From the NCBI RefSeq assembly GCF_009914755.1, contig NC_060930.1: a stretch of DNA of 64,000 bases; one strand, written 5' to 3'. Shown piece after piece: positions 51,311 to 64,000 of the stretch. Positions within the stretch are counted from its first letter, which is position 1, and each line of letters begins with the position of its first letter. The DNA comes from the human T2T-CHM13v2.0 reference genome, Homo sapiens. A model generated the notes under the pieces. That model was not told the DNA's origin. It saw only the letters and a list, made by a program, of their open reading frames with translations, and did not search any database. The position numbers and the translations under genes were made by a program.

Positions 51311-53758
51311 CAAAAGAAAGGATTTTTGGTTTGTTTTTGACATACATCCCTAAATAATCAGATTGCTGAGGAATGACACAGTGGACATTGCTTTAAGATG
51401 TAAACAGTAAGCAGAATGGGGTTTCGAGGCAAGCAGCCTAGATTAGAAGACTTCTATAGTAATCTAACCCCTTGAAGCAATGAGTGCAAAAGTGGGCCTG
51501 GGGACTAGGGATAATTAAGCCAAGAAAAAAAAAGATGATAACTTGGTTACAAATTGAATATGTAAATAAAGAAGGAAAAATTGATGCTTATTCTGAAAGT
51601 ATCTGGTGTAGAAATTAGAAGGGTGGTAGGTATAGTGAGATATGTTATATCTTGGAAAGAATAGAGCTTTGAATGCTGGTGGAATCCAGTTTCAGTCTTG
51701 CCTCTATGACTTTATTAGACATGTGATCTTTGGCAAGTCACAAAGCCTTCTGCCTCATTTTTACAATCATGCCATTTAAATATCAGTTAATTGCTACAGT
51801 TAAATGAGTCAATATACTATATATGTGACATTCGTAGAATACACTAACACCCAGGATGTAGCTGCAATATAAATAGGTGATATATCTGTATTATGTGTAA
51901 TTATTCATAATATGTTTATTATATCTACATATTTATATATATACATGCAAACTATAGTATAATTACACCTGAAGAAATATTGGGACATCAAAGAAGAGTT
52001 ACTCATCAGGCCATGAAATTAGGAGATGGCAATAAAGTTGAAAGGCCAGGATTACTATATATGTGGATTATCAGTTTTTCAAAGCACTAGAGTACAGGTA
52101 ATATATATTAAAATTGCCTGACAAAATTTAAACTTTGTTTGAGAATGCATGCTAGGATCTTGCAACCGCCATAATCATAAATATCAATTTTTACCATATT
52201 GGCACAGCTCAAAATTGCTAGTAGAGAGGAACTTCTGATTGATGGACTACCAAATACGTAGGCTTTTACTGTAATTTGTTCTACAGGTTACAGTTAGTAT
52301 TGTCAAAGCACGGCAGGCAACATTATAGATTTTAAGGCTGCAGTATCTTTATATCTCCCATGATATTAAATATAATTCAAACACAGAAAAATGCTCTTCT
52401 CTCATTATGTCTTTTCTTTTTGATGAGAGATGAATAGGTCCACTTGAGAAATGATTATATCGACTGTTGTACTTTAAATTTTCTTTAGCACTACAAAACT
52501 GGCAAGAAGTGGCAAGTCAGTAAGTCCAAATACACAGCTGATATGTGATTTCATATCACAGATATTCTGTCTGCAGCACAACAGAACACAGGGTATTGAG
52601 TTATCCCCCAATGAATTAAAGTCCCTCTTGCATCCTTTACATACCAATTTCATTAATATTAATAATTACTAATTCTAGCTAACACTTGCCAATGCATAAT
52701 GGGAACTGCGTTTTTAACAAATGTTGCCTAACAAAGACTGTTATTTTTTTCTATATCTTGGTTGTGGTACAGTCTGATAGCTTTCAAAGAACAAGCCAAA
52801 TTGTCAAACGCTGTTGGTTTGTAATGTCATGTTCGATCTGGAGCTGAGAAGTGCGGCCTCAGGTTTCTGGCCTGTCTTTTATGTCACAGAAGCACAGAAT
52901 TGTTAAACAATCTGGGGAAATTGAAAGCAGCAAATGCGCAATAAAATTTTCTCTGTAGTTCAGTGCTACATAACAAAAGAGACCCATAAACTTTGTTCCA
53001 TTCTGGCATTGGATGGTGACTTCTCTTTGGGAACGGCGGCCACAACAGATGTAAAGAAAAACAGATAGAACTTTAAAAAAATAAACTTCAGGAAATAGTT
53101 TTCAAGTCTTTATTTTTCCCTGTGTTTCAGCTAATGCTCAAAGCTTTCCTAAAATGTTCTGTTGGAAATAGTGGGACTGGAATAAGCTCTATTTTCCATT
53201 TTGTCCCCTTGTTTCAGGGCTTTCAGATGTCCTTAATAACCCTGAACTTGTAGAATGTTTTAATTAAGAACTTCACTGTTAGAGTATAATAACATAAACC
53301 TAAGATCCCCCTGTGATAATCATGCTTTGTTTATGGTTTTACAACAAACTTGTGTTTTATCCTGTTGGTATATTTATTGTATCTTGGCATTTCTTTTGAT
53401 GATGCCAAAAAAATCCCAGAAGCTTAAAGAGGGAGAGACAACCTTTGAAGCCACTTTGACTTTTGTTGTTTTTCTTGACAAAGTGTTTTATCTCTGAAGA
53501 ATTCAATTCAGTACATGGGTCTTATGAGTACATTTATTGTACTAAAATGTCATATTTGCTTAGATCAAATGAAGATCAACTACACTGAAAATAAGATAGA
53601 TAACTATTTTATAAAAGAATTCCTATCTTTCTCTGCCAAGAACACTGTATGTTTTTTCCTTGCATTAGGAAATGGGGATAATTTTGACACTTTTCCCTTT
53701 ATTTTAGAAAGAGCTTGTACTTTTGTTTTGTAAGGAAAATAAAAAAGGTAAGCATGGT

Positions 53759-53919
53759 AGGGCACAGTGGCTTGTGCCTGTAATCCCAGCACTTTGGGAG
53801 GTCAAGGCTGGAGGATCACTTAAGCCCAGGAGTTCGAGGCTGCAATGAGCTATGAATGCACCACTACATCCCAGCCTGGGTGATAGAGCGAGACCTTGTC
53901 TGTGGGGAAAAAAAAAAAA
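53759..53919 (+). mobile_element. Free Alu monomer (FAM/FRAM-like)
   Basis: Single ~140-bp monomer followed by A tail. Confidence 0.75.
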
Positions 53920-54307
53920 GTGTGAGTGATACTGTTTATTACGAAGCTTAATTTGCATTGAGGTTAAATGTTAATGGGATTCTCCTCTCTTCTTTTTCTA
54001 ACTCTGAAATCCCATTCTAAGCCTTGAAATGGGCAGAGCAAGGTAGGAGTCTCCAGCAGGGAGGAGGAGGGGAGTTGTGGTGGCTCAGAGCAACATGTCA
54101 GACCCGAGAGGGTCAGTACTGATAGGGCACAGCCTGTCAAGGGCTGTCAGAGCCTTGGCAGGGTGACAAGGATGTTCACATGTGGGGACAGGCTGGTGTG
54201 GGGTTTTGGAGGACAAGCTGAGTGAGGCAGGTATCTAGAGGTAGAGTGGATTGGAATATGGACCCCCAAAATATTTGTCCAAGTGCTAACTCCTAGTACC
54301 AAACTCT

Positions 54308-54762
54308 GTATTAATTTCTCAGAGCTGCTGTAACTAATTATGTTTAACTTGATGACTTCATTCAACAGAAATTTATTCTTTCACAGTTCTGGAGACCAGA
54401 AGGCCAAAATCAAAAGTATGGGCAGGCTTGATTTCTTTAGAAGACTCCAGCGGAGAACTGTGTCTCCTTGCTTCTGGTGGGTATTGGCAATCCTTGGAGT
54501 TCCTTGGCTTGTAGGCACATCGCTTCAATCTCTGCTTCTGCTTTCACGTGGGGCTCTTCCCTGTATGTGTCTGTGTTGCCTCCTTTTCTGACTCTCATAA
54601 GAACACTTGTTATTGGATATAGAGCCCTCCCTAATCCAGGATGGTCTCATCTTGAGATCTTTATCTTGGTTATGTCTACAAAGACCCTTATTCCAAATAA
54701 AGTCACATTTTGAGATTTTGGGTGGACATGTGTTTTGATGTGCCACTATTCAACACACTACC
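54308..54762 (-). mobile_element. MLT1C-like MaLR solo LTR
   Basis: tgtattaatttc...cagaaatttattctttcacagttctggag...aagacccttattccaaataaagtcaca. Confidence 0.8.
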
Positions 54763-54989
54763 AAAGAGGTCACTCATCACGTGGTTTCAGAGATCAAGAG
54801 GAGTGAGAATGGAATCCCTGTGAAGGGGTGGTTTCTTGTGGGGCATGAAAGCTTATGCAGGATAGGAGAGTATCTATGCTAGAAGTCACCCAGCATAAAT
54901 GTCAGACCCCAAGTGGGGTGATGAGGCGAGATGAGAGATTGGTTACATATGGTAGACTGATCCAATAGGCAAGTAAGTATATTGAGGGT

Positions 54990-55995
54990 GAGAGGAGCCA
55001 AGTTTCTGTCATAGAAGCAAATTACAAATATAAAAAAGGAGAAAATTATGGAGTTGAAGGTACTGGTGTGAACTTGTAATTTGTAATAAATGAGCTATAT
55101 TAATACATGGAGATGTAAATGTATGTGGGTGTATGTGTGTTTTATAATACCTAGCTCTGTTCACTGAAATAGGCTGGCAACATATCCACTGCGATAGCAA
55201 CTAGCACATTTAGCATCCATATCTTGGCTTCTAAATACTGGTCTTCACCAGAAAGAGAGAGTTTTTCTTGGGAAAATGACCAGATTTCATAGAGGGAGTA
55301 CATTGTATAGAGGGAGTACAATATCAAGCATTTTATACCAGAAAGTAAGGAAGTCCTTTAAAAAAATAATGGAGTCGTGTCAAAAGGGCGCAAAAATCAT
55401 CCTGAAGAAGCTCCCATAAGCCAAATTGGGAATAATTTGACCATCAAAGTAAACGATAGTAATGTATTACCGCTCATTAAAGTACAAAACCGTTAAGTCC
55501 ATCATTATCAAAGTAAGTGAGTAAATTGAAAATTTGGAATGAATGAGATATTTACATACTTTCAAATCTATCCCCCACAAAATATTTACTAATCACAAGG
55601 GGGAAAATGAATACATTTTGAATGGAGAAACATGCCGATGCCACCTGAACTGAGTGATCAAAGTGAACATCGTCAGTGATAGCATAAATCAAAATTACTT
55701 GTCACCCACCTGATAGAATGCAATGAGAAACATCTGTGATATTCCTGTCAGATGCATCATCTGAATCTTATCATGAGAAAGCACAATAAAGCCAAATTGA
55801 GGCATGTTCTACCGAATAAATGGATGGTAATTTTCAAAAGTCTTAGAGTTTTGAAAGCCAGGGAAAGACTAATGAACTAATGAAGGCATCTAGAGAGACA
55901 TGATAACTAATTGCAATGTGTGTTTCTGAACTGGACACTTACTTTGACAATCAAATCTGAAAATTAGAGAGTAGTAATATCTCAACATATCAATT
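54990..55995 (+). mobile_element. L1MC-type 3' region
   Basis: ccagaaagtaaggaagt...gtcaaaaggg...aagctccc...aataatttga motifs. Confidence 0.6.
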
Positions 55996-56100
55996 GCTTA
56001 ATAAATACCCAGAGCAGAGTAAGCACTCAGTTTAACTATGATGATGACAATGATGACACTGACAATGATTACTGAAGGACCGCATGAAAAAATACACCTA

Positions 56101-56285
56101 GCAGGGGTGGGGGGAGGGGGGAGGGATAGCATTAGGAGATATACGTAATGTAAATGACAAGTTAATGGGTGCAGCACACCAACATGGCACATGTATACAT
56201 ATGTAACAAACCTGCACGTTGTGCACATGTACCCTAGAACTTAAAGTATAATAAATATATATATATATATATATTAAAAAAAAAA
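56101..56285 (+). mobile_element. Severely 5'-truncated L1PA (PA5-like), 185 bp
   Basis: L1 3'UTR end with (TA)n/A tail; perfect 15-bp TSD gaaaaaatacaccta at 56086-56100 and 56286-56300. Confidence 0.93.
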
Positions 56286-57480
56286 GAAAAAATACACCTA
56301 TCATCTATCTACTCAATATCCTGGAATTCTGGAACAGGAGTGTTCTGGATTCATTTGCAAAAAAACTGGTTCCCCAGGTCTAATCAAATTAAATTGAGAG
56401 GTAAATTTAAATTATATGTATTTTTTATCCAACAGAGAAATAAAAAGCACTTTGCCAAACAGTTAAACACTTGCGACCCAGATAACTAAACTCTTCAGAC
56501 CTAGGAATTCTAAAATTAAATTGCTTTCATGAAAGTAAAAAATTCAGTCTTCTTCCAACAACCAAAGAGGAATGAATATGAAAAGAGAGGCTGAATTGTC
56601 CCAACACTGAAGAGTTGGGAGCAATTCATTGAATTGTAGAACTGGAAGAGATAGTGTAAGTGTGCCAGGATCTTTCTATAATGCTAGTTTGGAAGACTGA
56701 TCCCTCATTTTCCAAGGGAAAAATAAATCCCAGTGTCATAGCTGCATTCCTGTGTATATCTTTGCTTAGGTTTTCTAAAATTCAGAGCTCAAAGTATATC
56801 ATCCTTTGTATTTAAGGAAGTCTTATGGGTATCCTCACTTACTCATGGTGCAATAATATTCCTGCAGATTCTACATCTCCATCCATGGGCCACTGTTTCA
56901 GCAACCTCAGCCAGTGCAACACAACCTCAGCCAAGAAGAGTATGCAGAGAAAGGAGTCCCCTACCTGCCACAAAACTGTTGTCTGAAAACTGTCTCATAT
57001 TGTCTCAAGTTGTCATTCATTGTGAATTAGACCTGTTTAACATGTAATCTGCAACATGCTTCACTGTCTAATTTTCCAGAGCCCCTCATATAAGGAACTG
57101 TATTATTGGTATAATCATCATGGTGAAGAAGTTGGTATGTGGGGGAGAGATGACAGAAACAGAGAGTAAGTCAGAGCTGGCTGCCTGACAGATAAAAAGG
57201 AAATGACCAAAAAAAAAAAAAGACACAGAAGAATACTTTGTTGTCCACACAGAAAAGGGAAGTGTAGGTAAGACAGCAGTAGACTAAGATTCTTAAGACT
57301 CAAGTTCTAGTCTTATTTATTAGCTATGGGAGGCCTTGAGGGAGTTCTAGAATTAAGTGATCTCTCTTTATAAAATAGGAACAGTAATAACTTCCTGGCT
57401 AACTCCCTGGCTGTCTCACAATGCTGTAGTAGTAAGAAATAATTTTATAATTAAAGACTATTTTAGGGCTGATTACATTT

Positions 57481-57765
57481 TTGGGCAGTGGCTCATACAT
57501 GTAATTTCAACATTTTGGGAGGCCAAGGTGGGCGGATTGCTTGAGCCCAGGAATTCAAGACCAGGCTGGGCAACACAGACCTTGTCACTACAAAAGAAAA
57601 AAACATTAGCTAGGCGTGGTGATGTATGCCTGTGGTCCCAGCTACTCAGGAAGCTGAGACAGGAGGATCACCTGAGCCTGGGAGGTCGAGGCTACAGTGA
57701 GCCATGATCACACTACTGCACTCCAGCCTGGGAAACAGAGTGAGACTCTGTCTCAAAAAAAAAAA
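57481..57765 (+). mobile_element. AluJ
   Basis: ggattgcttgagcccaggaattc J-type dimer. Confidence 0.9.
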
Positions 57766-58351
57766 AGGAATATTTTACACTTCAAGGTTCTATACAAATG
57801 TAAAATATCATTCTATTACTTATTTATAATGCTGATTATTCTTTAAATGACTTTAAAATGTTAATCTCTGCTTGAGCCTACGGAGAAGTATGTAACAAAT
57901 TTGTGAAGGATTGGCATTAAAGATAGTCAAAATAAAACATAGAAATTATGGTAAATAATTTAACTGGTAAAATAATCTAAGTGGTAGTTCTCAGGTAAGT
58001 GGAAATTCGATTAGCTGATTGTTTAGGATTCTTGGTTATAAGTGACAGAGACCTGACTAAAAGTACATGAAGCACATAACTGAGAAGGCTGTGGTATGGC
58101 TCAGCAGAAATGGGAAAATCTTGGGACTGGTTCGTGTTTTATTTACATTATCTTTGTTCCCAGGCAGTCTCTGCATGTAAGTGGCAAAGATGACTGTCTG
58201 AAAATATATACCTACTTTTTTAAAGGGCTATCTCAAGCCATTCTGGAGAAGCACCAAAAGCCACTTTGCTTATACTGGGAGAATAGTTTGCTTTCCCTAA
58301 TTTGTGATGAGTGAAACACTGAACAGAGACATAGAATAATATTCTGTAGTT

Positions 58352-58568
58352 CAGGGGTTGGTGTAATATGGCCAGTGGGCGGAATCTGGTCCTCAGACTG
58401 ATTTTGCAAATAATCTTATAGAAACACAGCAACACCCATTCATTACATGTTGTTTATGGTTGCTTTGGGGTTACAATGGCAGAGTTGAGTAGTTGTGACA
58501 GAGATCACTAGGCTCACCACATCTGAGATATGTACTGACTGACCCTGTACAGAAAGTTTGCTGCTCTT
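58352..58568 (-). mobile_element. MER58A
   Basis: Reverse orientation relative to the 15.8-kb copy (ggcagagttgagtagttgtgacagag). Confidence 0.75.
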
Positions 58569-59091
58569 AGAGGAATGTGTGTTTCTAGTGTCAGCAATAA
58601 ACTTCTTGGATTTGTTTTGTTTTCTCATCTTTACATGATAGTTGCAGACTAGTTGATCCTTGTGACCTGTTTTTGAATGCCACTGTGTATTCTGTCAGGG
58701 CCCTCTGATTCTGTTTCTTATGGTGCTGAATGCACAATTTAATGCCCTGGAATTTCCTTCTGTCTTCTGCTAAACTCATGCCTCTTCAGATAGTTAAAAT
58801 CCTGTTCTACCTTAGAAGTCTCCAGAGTTATTTTCCTAAATTAAGAAGAACTGGCTTTGAAGTTACTCATTATGCCACACACAATGGTTGAAAAGAGCAT
58901 CTCTTTTATGTACTGTGTATATTTCAGCATCCACTCAGCTTCTTAGGTAGAAAAGGAAGAGTCTTCCACAGTGTATTTTATCCATATTTGGGTCAGAAAC
59001 TCTTCTTTACCACGGAGCATGATGGAAGAAAGATATGGGATGGTAACAGTAGGCCAGGGATGTAATAATCACAAAATTTGAGATATTTTGT

Positions 59092-59391
59092 GACTGGTGA
59101 CTCACGCCTGTGATCCCAGCATTTTGGGAGGCCAAAGCGGGCGGATCACCTGAGGTCAGGAGTTCAAGACCAGCTTGGCCAATGTAGTGAAACCTCATCT
59201 CTACTAAAAAAATACAAAAATTAGCTGGGTGTGGTGGTGCACACCTGTAATCCTAGCTACTCAGGAGGCTGAGGCAGGAGAATAGCTTGAACCAAGGAGG
59301 TGGAGGTTGCAGTGAGCTGAGATTGTGCCACCACTGCATTCCAGTCTGGGTGACAGAGCGAGTCTCTGTCTCAAAAAAAAAAAAAAAAAAA
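59092..59391 (+). mobile_element. AluS (Sx/Sz)
   Basis: Complete dimer with A tail. Confidence 0.92.
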
Positions 59392-60608
59392 TCTAGAAAA
59401 AGATCTCCAAGATTCAATCATCTAATTATTTCTTTTAAAAATGAGAAAAATGACTCCTGGTCAGCTTTTACCTTCTTTTTCCAACTGTCTTGACAATACT
59501 TTCATATTGGGCTTTTAAAGTCTCAAGTAATAGGTTTTTAAAACCTCAGCTGATAAAAGTATAAAAATAAAGTTAAAACATATTAAAGACAAAACCCAAG
59601 AATCAGCTTCCTCTTCCTTCATTACTCTTGCATGGGTGTTGGCTCTAATTTCTCCATCTAGTTAGGCAGTCCTTTGCTTTTTATTGCTTGTTTATTGATG
59701 ACATTTGCCATTTGTAGCAATAGTAATAGAATCATCTATATATTTGTGGCCTTGTTGAATGTAGAAAAAGGATAGTGGCATTTTCTAATTGTGTAACCCT
59801 ATAACACCTTGACGGGGGACTACAGTTCATATGCTGGACCTTTTGTGTTTGTTCATGGCGTGTGGGTTGCTTTAATATACTTAGCACATTGTCCTAATTG
59901 CCATCCTTTTGGGGAGGGCTATATATCCAAGCTAATATGGTAGCATTTTTGTTTTAACATAGAGCTGACCCAAGGTAGACGTAAGTGTTGTTCATTTTTG
60001 CCTAATACTAATAAAATTACCTAATTGTTGAAGCTTGGAGCTTGAATCTAGGCATTTTATGTCATTTCAAGTACACCCTAGTATTTTAAAGCATAAATAT
60101 CCTACTATCCTCAACAACTTTAGAACAAAAATAAATATTTTAACAAGAAAAAAGCATGCCATGACAAGCTGTAACTTAATAAAGAAAGACAAGGAATGGT
60201 CTCTATAGACCGAGAAAAAATAGGTCCTCAGATATATTTATACCAAAGGAATGTTATGAATGTAAAAAACAGTTTGACTCCCCCCCCCCCGCCAAAAAAA
60301 AACTCCACAACCCTATATTTTGTTATCACAAGACTGTTTTAGTGAATAAAACAGTATGAATTGGTTTTACCTGTTTCCATTTAATACTTATTAACTTTAT
60401 AATCGTATAGCCTGAGGGTTTTAACTTCAAGTACAGCATGATGACTATAATAGTTTTACACAAGGCAAATGTGAAAAACAGAAGTAATTTCTTTTAAAAA
60501 GTGTGAAATATCTAAAAGGTATGACTTCAATACATCAACTCAGGTGAGACAGACATGTAACTTCTTTTTCCATGTTTAAACCTAATATTGCTTTTGTGCC
60601 TCTGAAGG

Positions 60609-61067
60609 CTCGGAGTTTCCATGCCTTCTTAGGACATGCCACCCTCTCCACACCTGGATGTGTTCACCAACCCAGAAGCTCTTGGAACCCCATCATTTGG
60701 GGTTTTTATGGAGTCCCCATTAAGTAGGTATGACTGATTAAATCACTGGCCATTGGTGGTTGACTCAATCTCCAGCCTCTCTTCCCTCTCTGAAGGTGAA
60801 GGGGTGGGAAGGTGAGGCTAAGTTCCAACCCTCGGATCACAGGGTTGGTTCCTCTGCAACCAGGCTTCATCGTGAAACAATACAGGGCCCACCGAGAGTC
60901 ACCCCATTAGCAAACTCAGATGTGATTGAAAGGGGCTTATTATGAATATCAAAAGATATTTCTCTTTCTCCTATTACTCAGACAGTTACAAGGGTTTCAG
61001 AAGCTCTTGCACCAGGAACTGGGAACAAAGACCAAATATATATGTCTTCTTCTATTACAATGTCACA
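60609..61067 (+). mobile_element. MER21-like LTR, 3' part
   Basis: gtgttcaccaacccagaagctc...tgattaaatcactggccattggtg...caaagaccaaatat...aatgtcaca. Confidence 0.7.
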
Positions 61068-61393
61068 GGTGTGATAGAGTAGGTAAATGGAGTCTCAGAG
61101 AGTCCCCAGAGTATTCCATGGAGCCACAAAATGAAGAATAAATGGATGGTTCTCCCCATGATCAAAAGTGGCCTGAAAATACTTGAGAATGAGTCATAAC
61201 TTAAAAGGCTGTATAGTAGAAAAGAATGCACAGAGGACCGAATGTAAAAGAAGGCACCCCAGTCTCAGCTAGTGTGGATGCATGCCAGTGTAGAAAGATG
61301 CTAGTGTGGCTACATTGGTGCACTGAAGACCAAACTCCTGCATGGCCCCACATCCTTGATACCTTAGATCTATATCATCCCCTAAAACTTAGG

Positions 61394-62683
61394 TGTTATG
61401 ACATTCAGGATATGCTACCCCATCATTTTTTAGGCTGAAGGAATTTGAGAAAACAGAAGCAGGAATGTAATTGCCCAGTGGGTTCTTCCTGCCCTCTGCA
61501 CAGACAAAACCAGTTCACTGAGACCATGGTATTGCAGTTAAGAAAGAGTTTAACAGGAGGCTGGCCACATGGAAGAATTACAGTTATTACAAATTAGTCT
61601 CCCTGAAGGCTCAGAGGTCAGGGTTTTTCATGGATAGTTCGGTGAGCAGTGGATTAGGGGTAAGTGCTGCTGATTGGTTGGGGATACAATCATAGGGGTG
61701 TGGAAAATGGTCCTTGTGTGCTGAGTCACCTCTGGGTGGGAGGCCATGGGACCCATTGAGTCATGAGTCACGAGGCTGGGTTGGGTCAGTGTGAAAAACA
61801 TCTCAAAAGACCAATCTTAGGTTCAAAATAGGTGATATTACCTGTAGGAGCAATTGGGAAAGTTATAAATTATATGACCTCTTGGCCCCATGACTTCTGA
61901 GCAGTAAGAGATGATAGAAACTAAACCTACATTTTATCAGCACTCAGGCCTCTTCCATAATCCTAATCTTGTGGCCTTTCGTTAGTCTTATAAAGGCGGT
62001 TTGGTAACTGCCCTCAAGCAAGGAGGGGATCAGTTTTAGGGAGGTGCTATTATCATCCTTGCTTCAAAGTTAAGCTGTAAACTAAATTCCTCCCATAATT
62101 AGCTTGGCCTACACCCAGAAATGAGCAAAGACAGCCAGCCTGTGATGTTAGAAGCAAGATGGAGTTAGTCATGTTAGATTTCTCTCACTGTCATAATCTT
62201 TGCAAGGGAGGTTCCAGGAAGGTCATCCTACCTTTCCCCTCACCCTTCTCATGTGACACAGGTCATAAAGCCTAGGAAGGATTTTCCGACCTTTCCCTGA
62301 AGCAGGTCGTAAGACCCTCATTGGGGAGGTGCCATTTCTAGACCAAGAGAAAAGGCACATCCTTATGTCTGAAGACACAGGGACACAGAGAAGAATCTGA
62401 ACAAACAGGTCTTGCTAAGTTCCCCCCAGTTTGTTTTCATTAGATCATGCCCCTTTATTCAATGCTGTTTCTCCACAACTATCCATTTCTTCATCAAGCC
62501 TAGCATAAAAAATACAGGTTTCACGGTTTCTTTGGGTCTTCATTTCCTTATAAAGTCTCCTGTACCATGTAAAACTTAAATAAGTTTCTCTGCTTTTCTC
62601 TTGTTGATTCTGTCCTTTGTTTTATAACCCTCAGACATGAACCTAGTGATGAGTGAGGGGAAGATAATTTATTTTCCTCTACA
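61394..62683 (+). mobile_element. MER39-like ERV1 LTR split by LTR8
   Basis: tg...ca ends; gaagacacagggacacagagaagaatctgaacaaacagg motif. Confidence 0.7.
61466..62216 (-). mobile_element. LTR8-family (LTR8A/B-like) ERV1 solo LTR
   Basis: Reverse complement reads ttgcaaagattatgacagtgagagaaatctaacatg...ctccatcttgcttcta; 4-bp TSD ggaa at 61462-61465 and 62217-62220. Confidence 0.85.
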
Positions 62684-63545
62684 GATGCAAAAGGGAAAAG
62701 GGAACAATCCCTAAACGGAAGTTATGATCCAGGGATCAGAGGCTCAAAAGCAAGATTAGGTTTAAATGTAGAAAAATACATTCCTCTTTCATTTTAGATA
62801 TCCCAAATGCCCAAATCAACCCAGCTATTTCTCAGAAGTCTGTTTCCCCTCCACCCTCTGCTCCTCTGTGTAGTGAAACTGTCTCGTTTGGGAGTAAAAT
62901 GGCCTGGCTTTCCTTACTGAGTATACTCTCAAGACTATTGCCTATTACTTTTTTCCATTCCTTCTTGAGAACTACGCTTTTTAAAACAAGAATTGACTCC
63001 ATTTATCTTTTTCTTTTAGCCTTCTGCTGGGGTATGCCTTCTCTAAAGCAATGAATAAAAAATGCTTTAGCTGAATAAATGGGGCAAGGATCAAGGAGTA
63101 CAAGCTAATATTTCACAATATTATCCTGCCATAAATAAAAGTATGGTTTAAATGACAATGGTGGGGTTAGGAGTTACAGGTCACTGAAACACCACCTTAT
63201 TCATGCTACCAGCCCCTTGGCTTTCCTGATGGCAGCAGGGAAGCAACACATAGGTAGAATTATGAGCCAACATCGTGACTGGAGAGGGATTGAAAATCTT
63301 ATTTGTTGTCTTCCTAGACTATTACAGTTATCTGTTGAAATTAGACTCAATTCTTTGGCGAAAGTACTCATTTTTAAGGTCCATAATAAATTGTAACTAT
63401 GTAGCCTTTGTTGCATGAGTTTAGTATGAGCTGATTGGTGGGCCACAGTGAAAGGCAGAGGGAAATGGATGTTAACTAAGAGGTAGAAGTCCCCTTGAAG
63501 TTCTGACCCTGTCACTAATGAAGTCTTTATTTCCGTATTTAGTAA

Positions 63546-63844
<299 letters not shown>

Positions 63845-64000
63845 ACTGCCTTCTTTATATCTCATTTTAAAAATTTATAACAAAGAAGTGGGTTGATTTT
63901 CAAGACCTAGTTGTGTTAGTTTGAATGAGATGCATACATTTGGCAAGTCTGGGGTCTAAGAAAAGATAAAGATCTGAATGCTGAAAATCTAGAGAATTCA

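Noticed and set aside
56868-57171. Possible + strand exon (acceptors 56867/57079, donors 57135/57166)
   Set aside because: Weak polypyrimidine tracts and ambiguous boundaries; cannot be supported without RNA data

Overview
Primate (human-like) non-coding DNA. No host protein-coding exon can be supported; every long ORF is a LINE-1 ORF1/ORF2 remnant. 1-22 kb is mostly unique sequence with a CpG-rich promoter-like island at ~9.35-10.16 kb, splice donors on both strands and a good + strand exon candidate at 11228-11280. 25.4-48.4 kb is a nested retroelement stack: an old L1M is split by a full-length THE1/MST MaLR provirus, two full-length young L1s, a solo MST LTR, an Alu and an L1PA13-like 3' fragment. 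The older young L1 (A, L1PA4-like, ~6.17 kb) sits inside the MaLR 5' LTR; the other (B, L1PA2-like, ~6.03 kb) sits in the host L1M. 48-64 kb holds DNA transposons, Alus and ERV LTRs. Main observation: A and B have different TSDs and subfamily diagnostics but share rare lesions at homologous positions 8.49 kb apart, including a 16-bp frameshifting duplication. This suggests patchy ectopic gene conversion between neighbours; assembly chimerism is the alternative. Subfamily names come from recalled consensus sequences and need RepeatMasker/Dfam confirmation. The locus was not identified.
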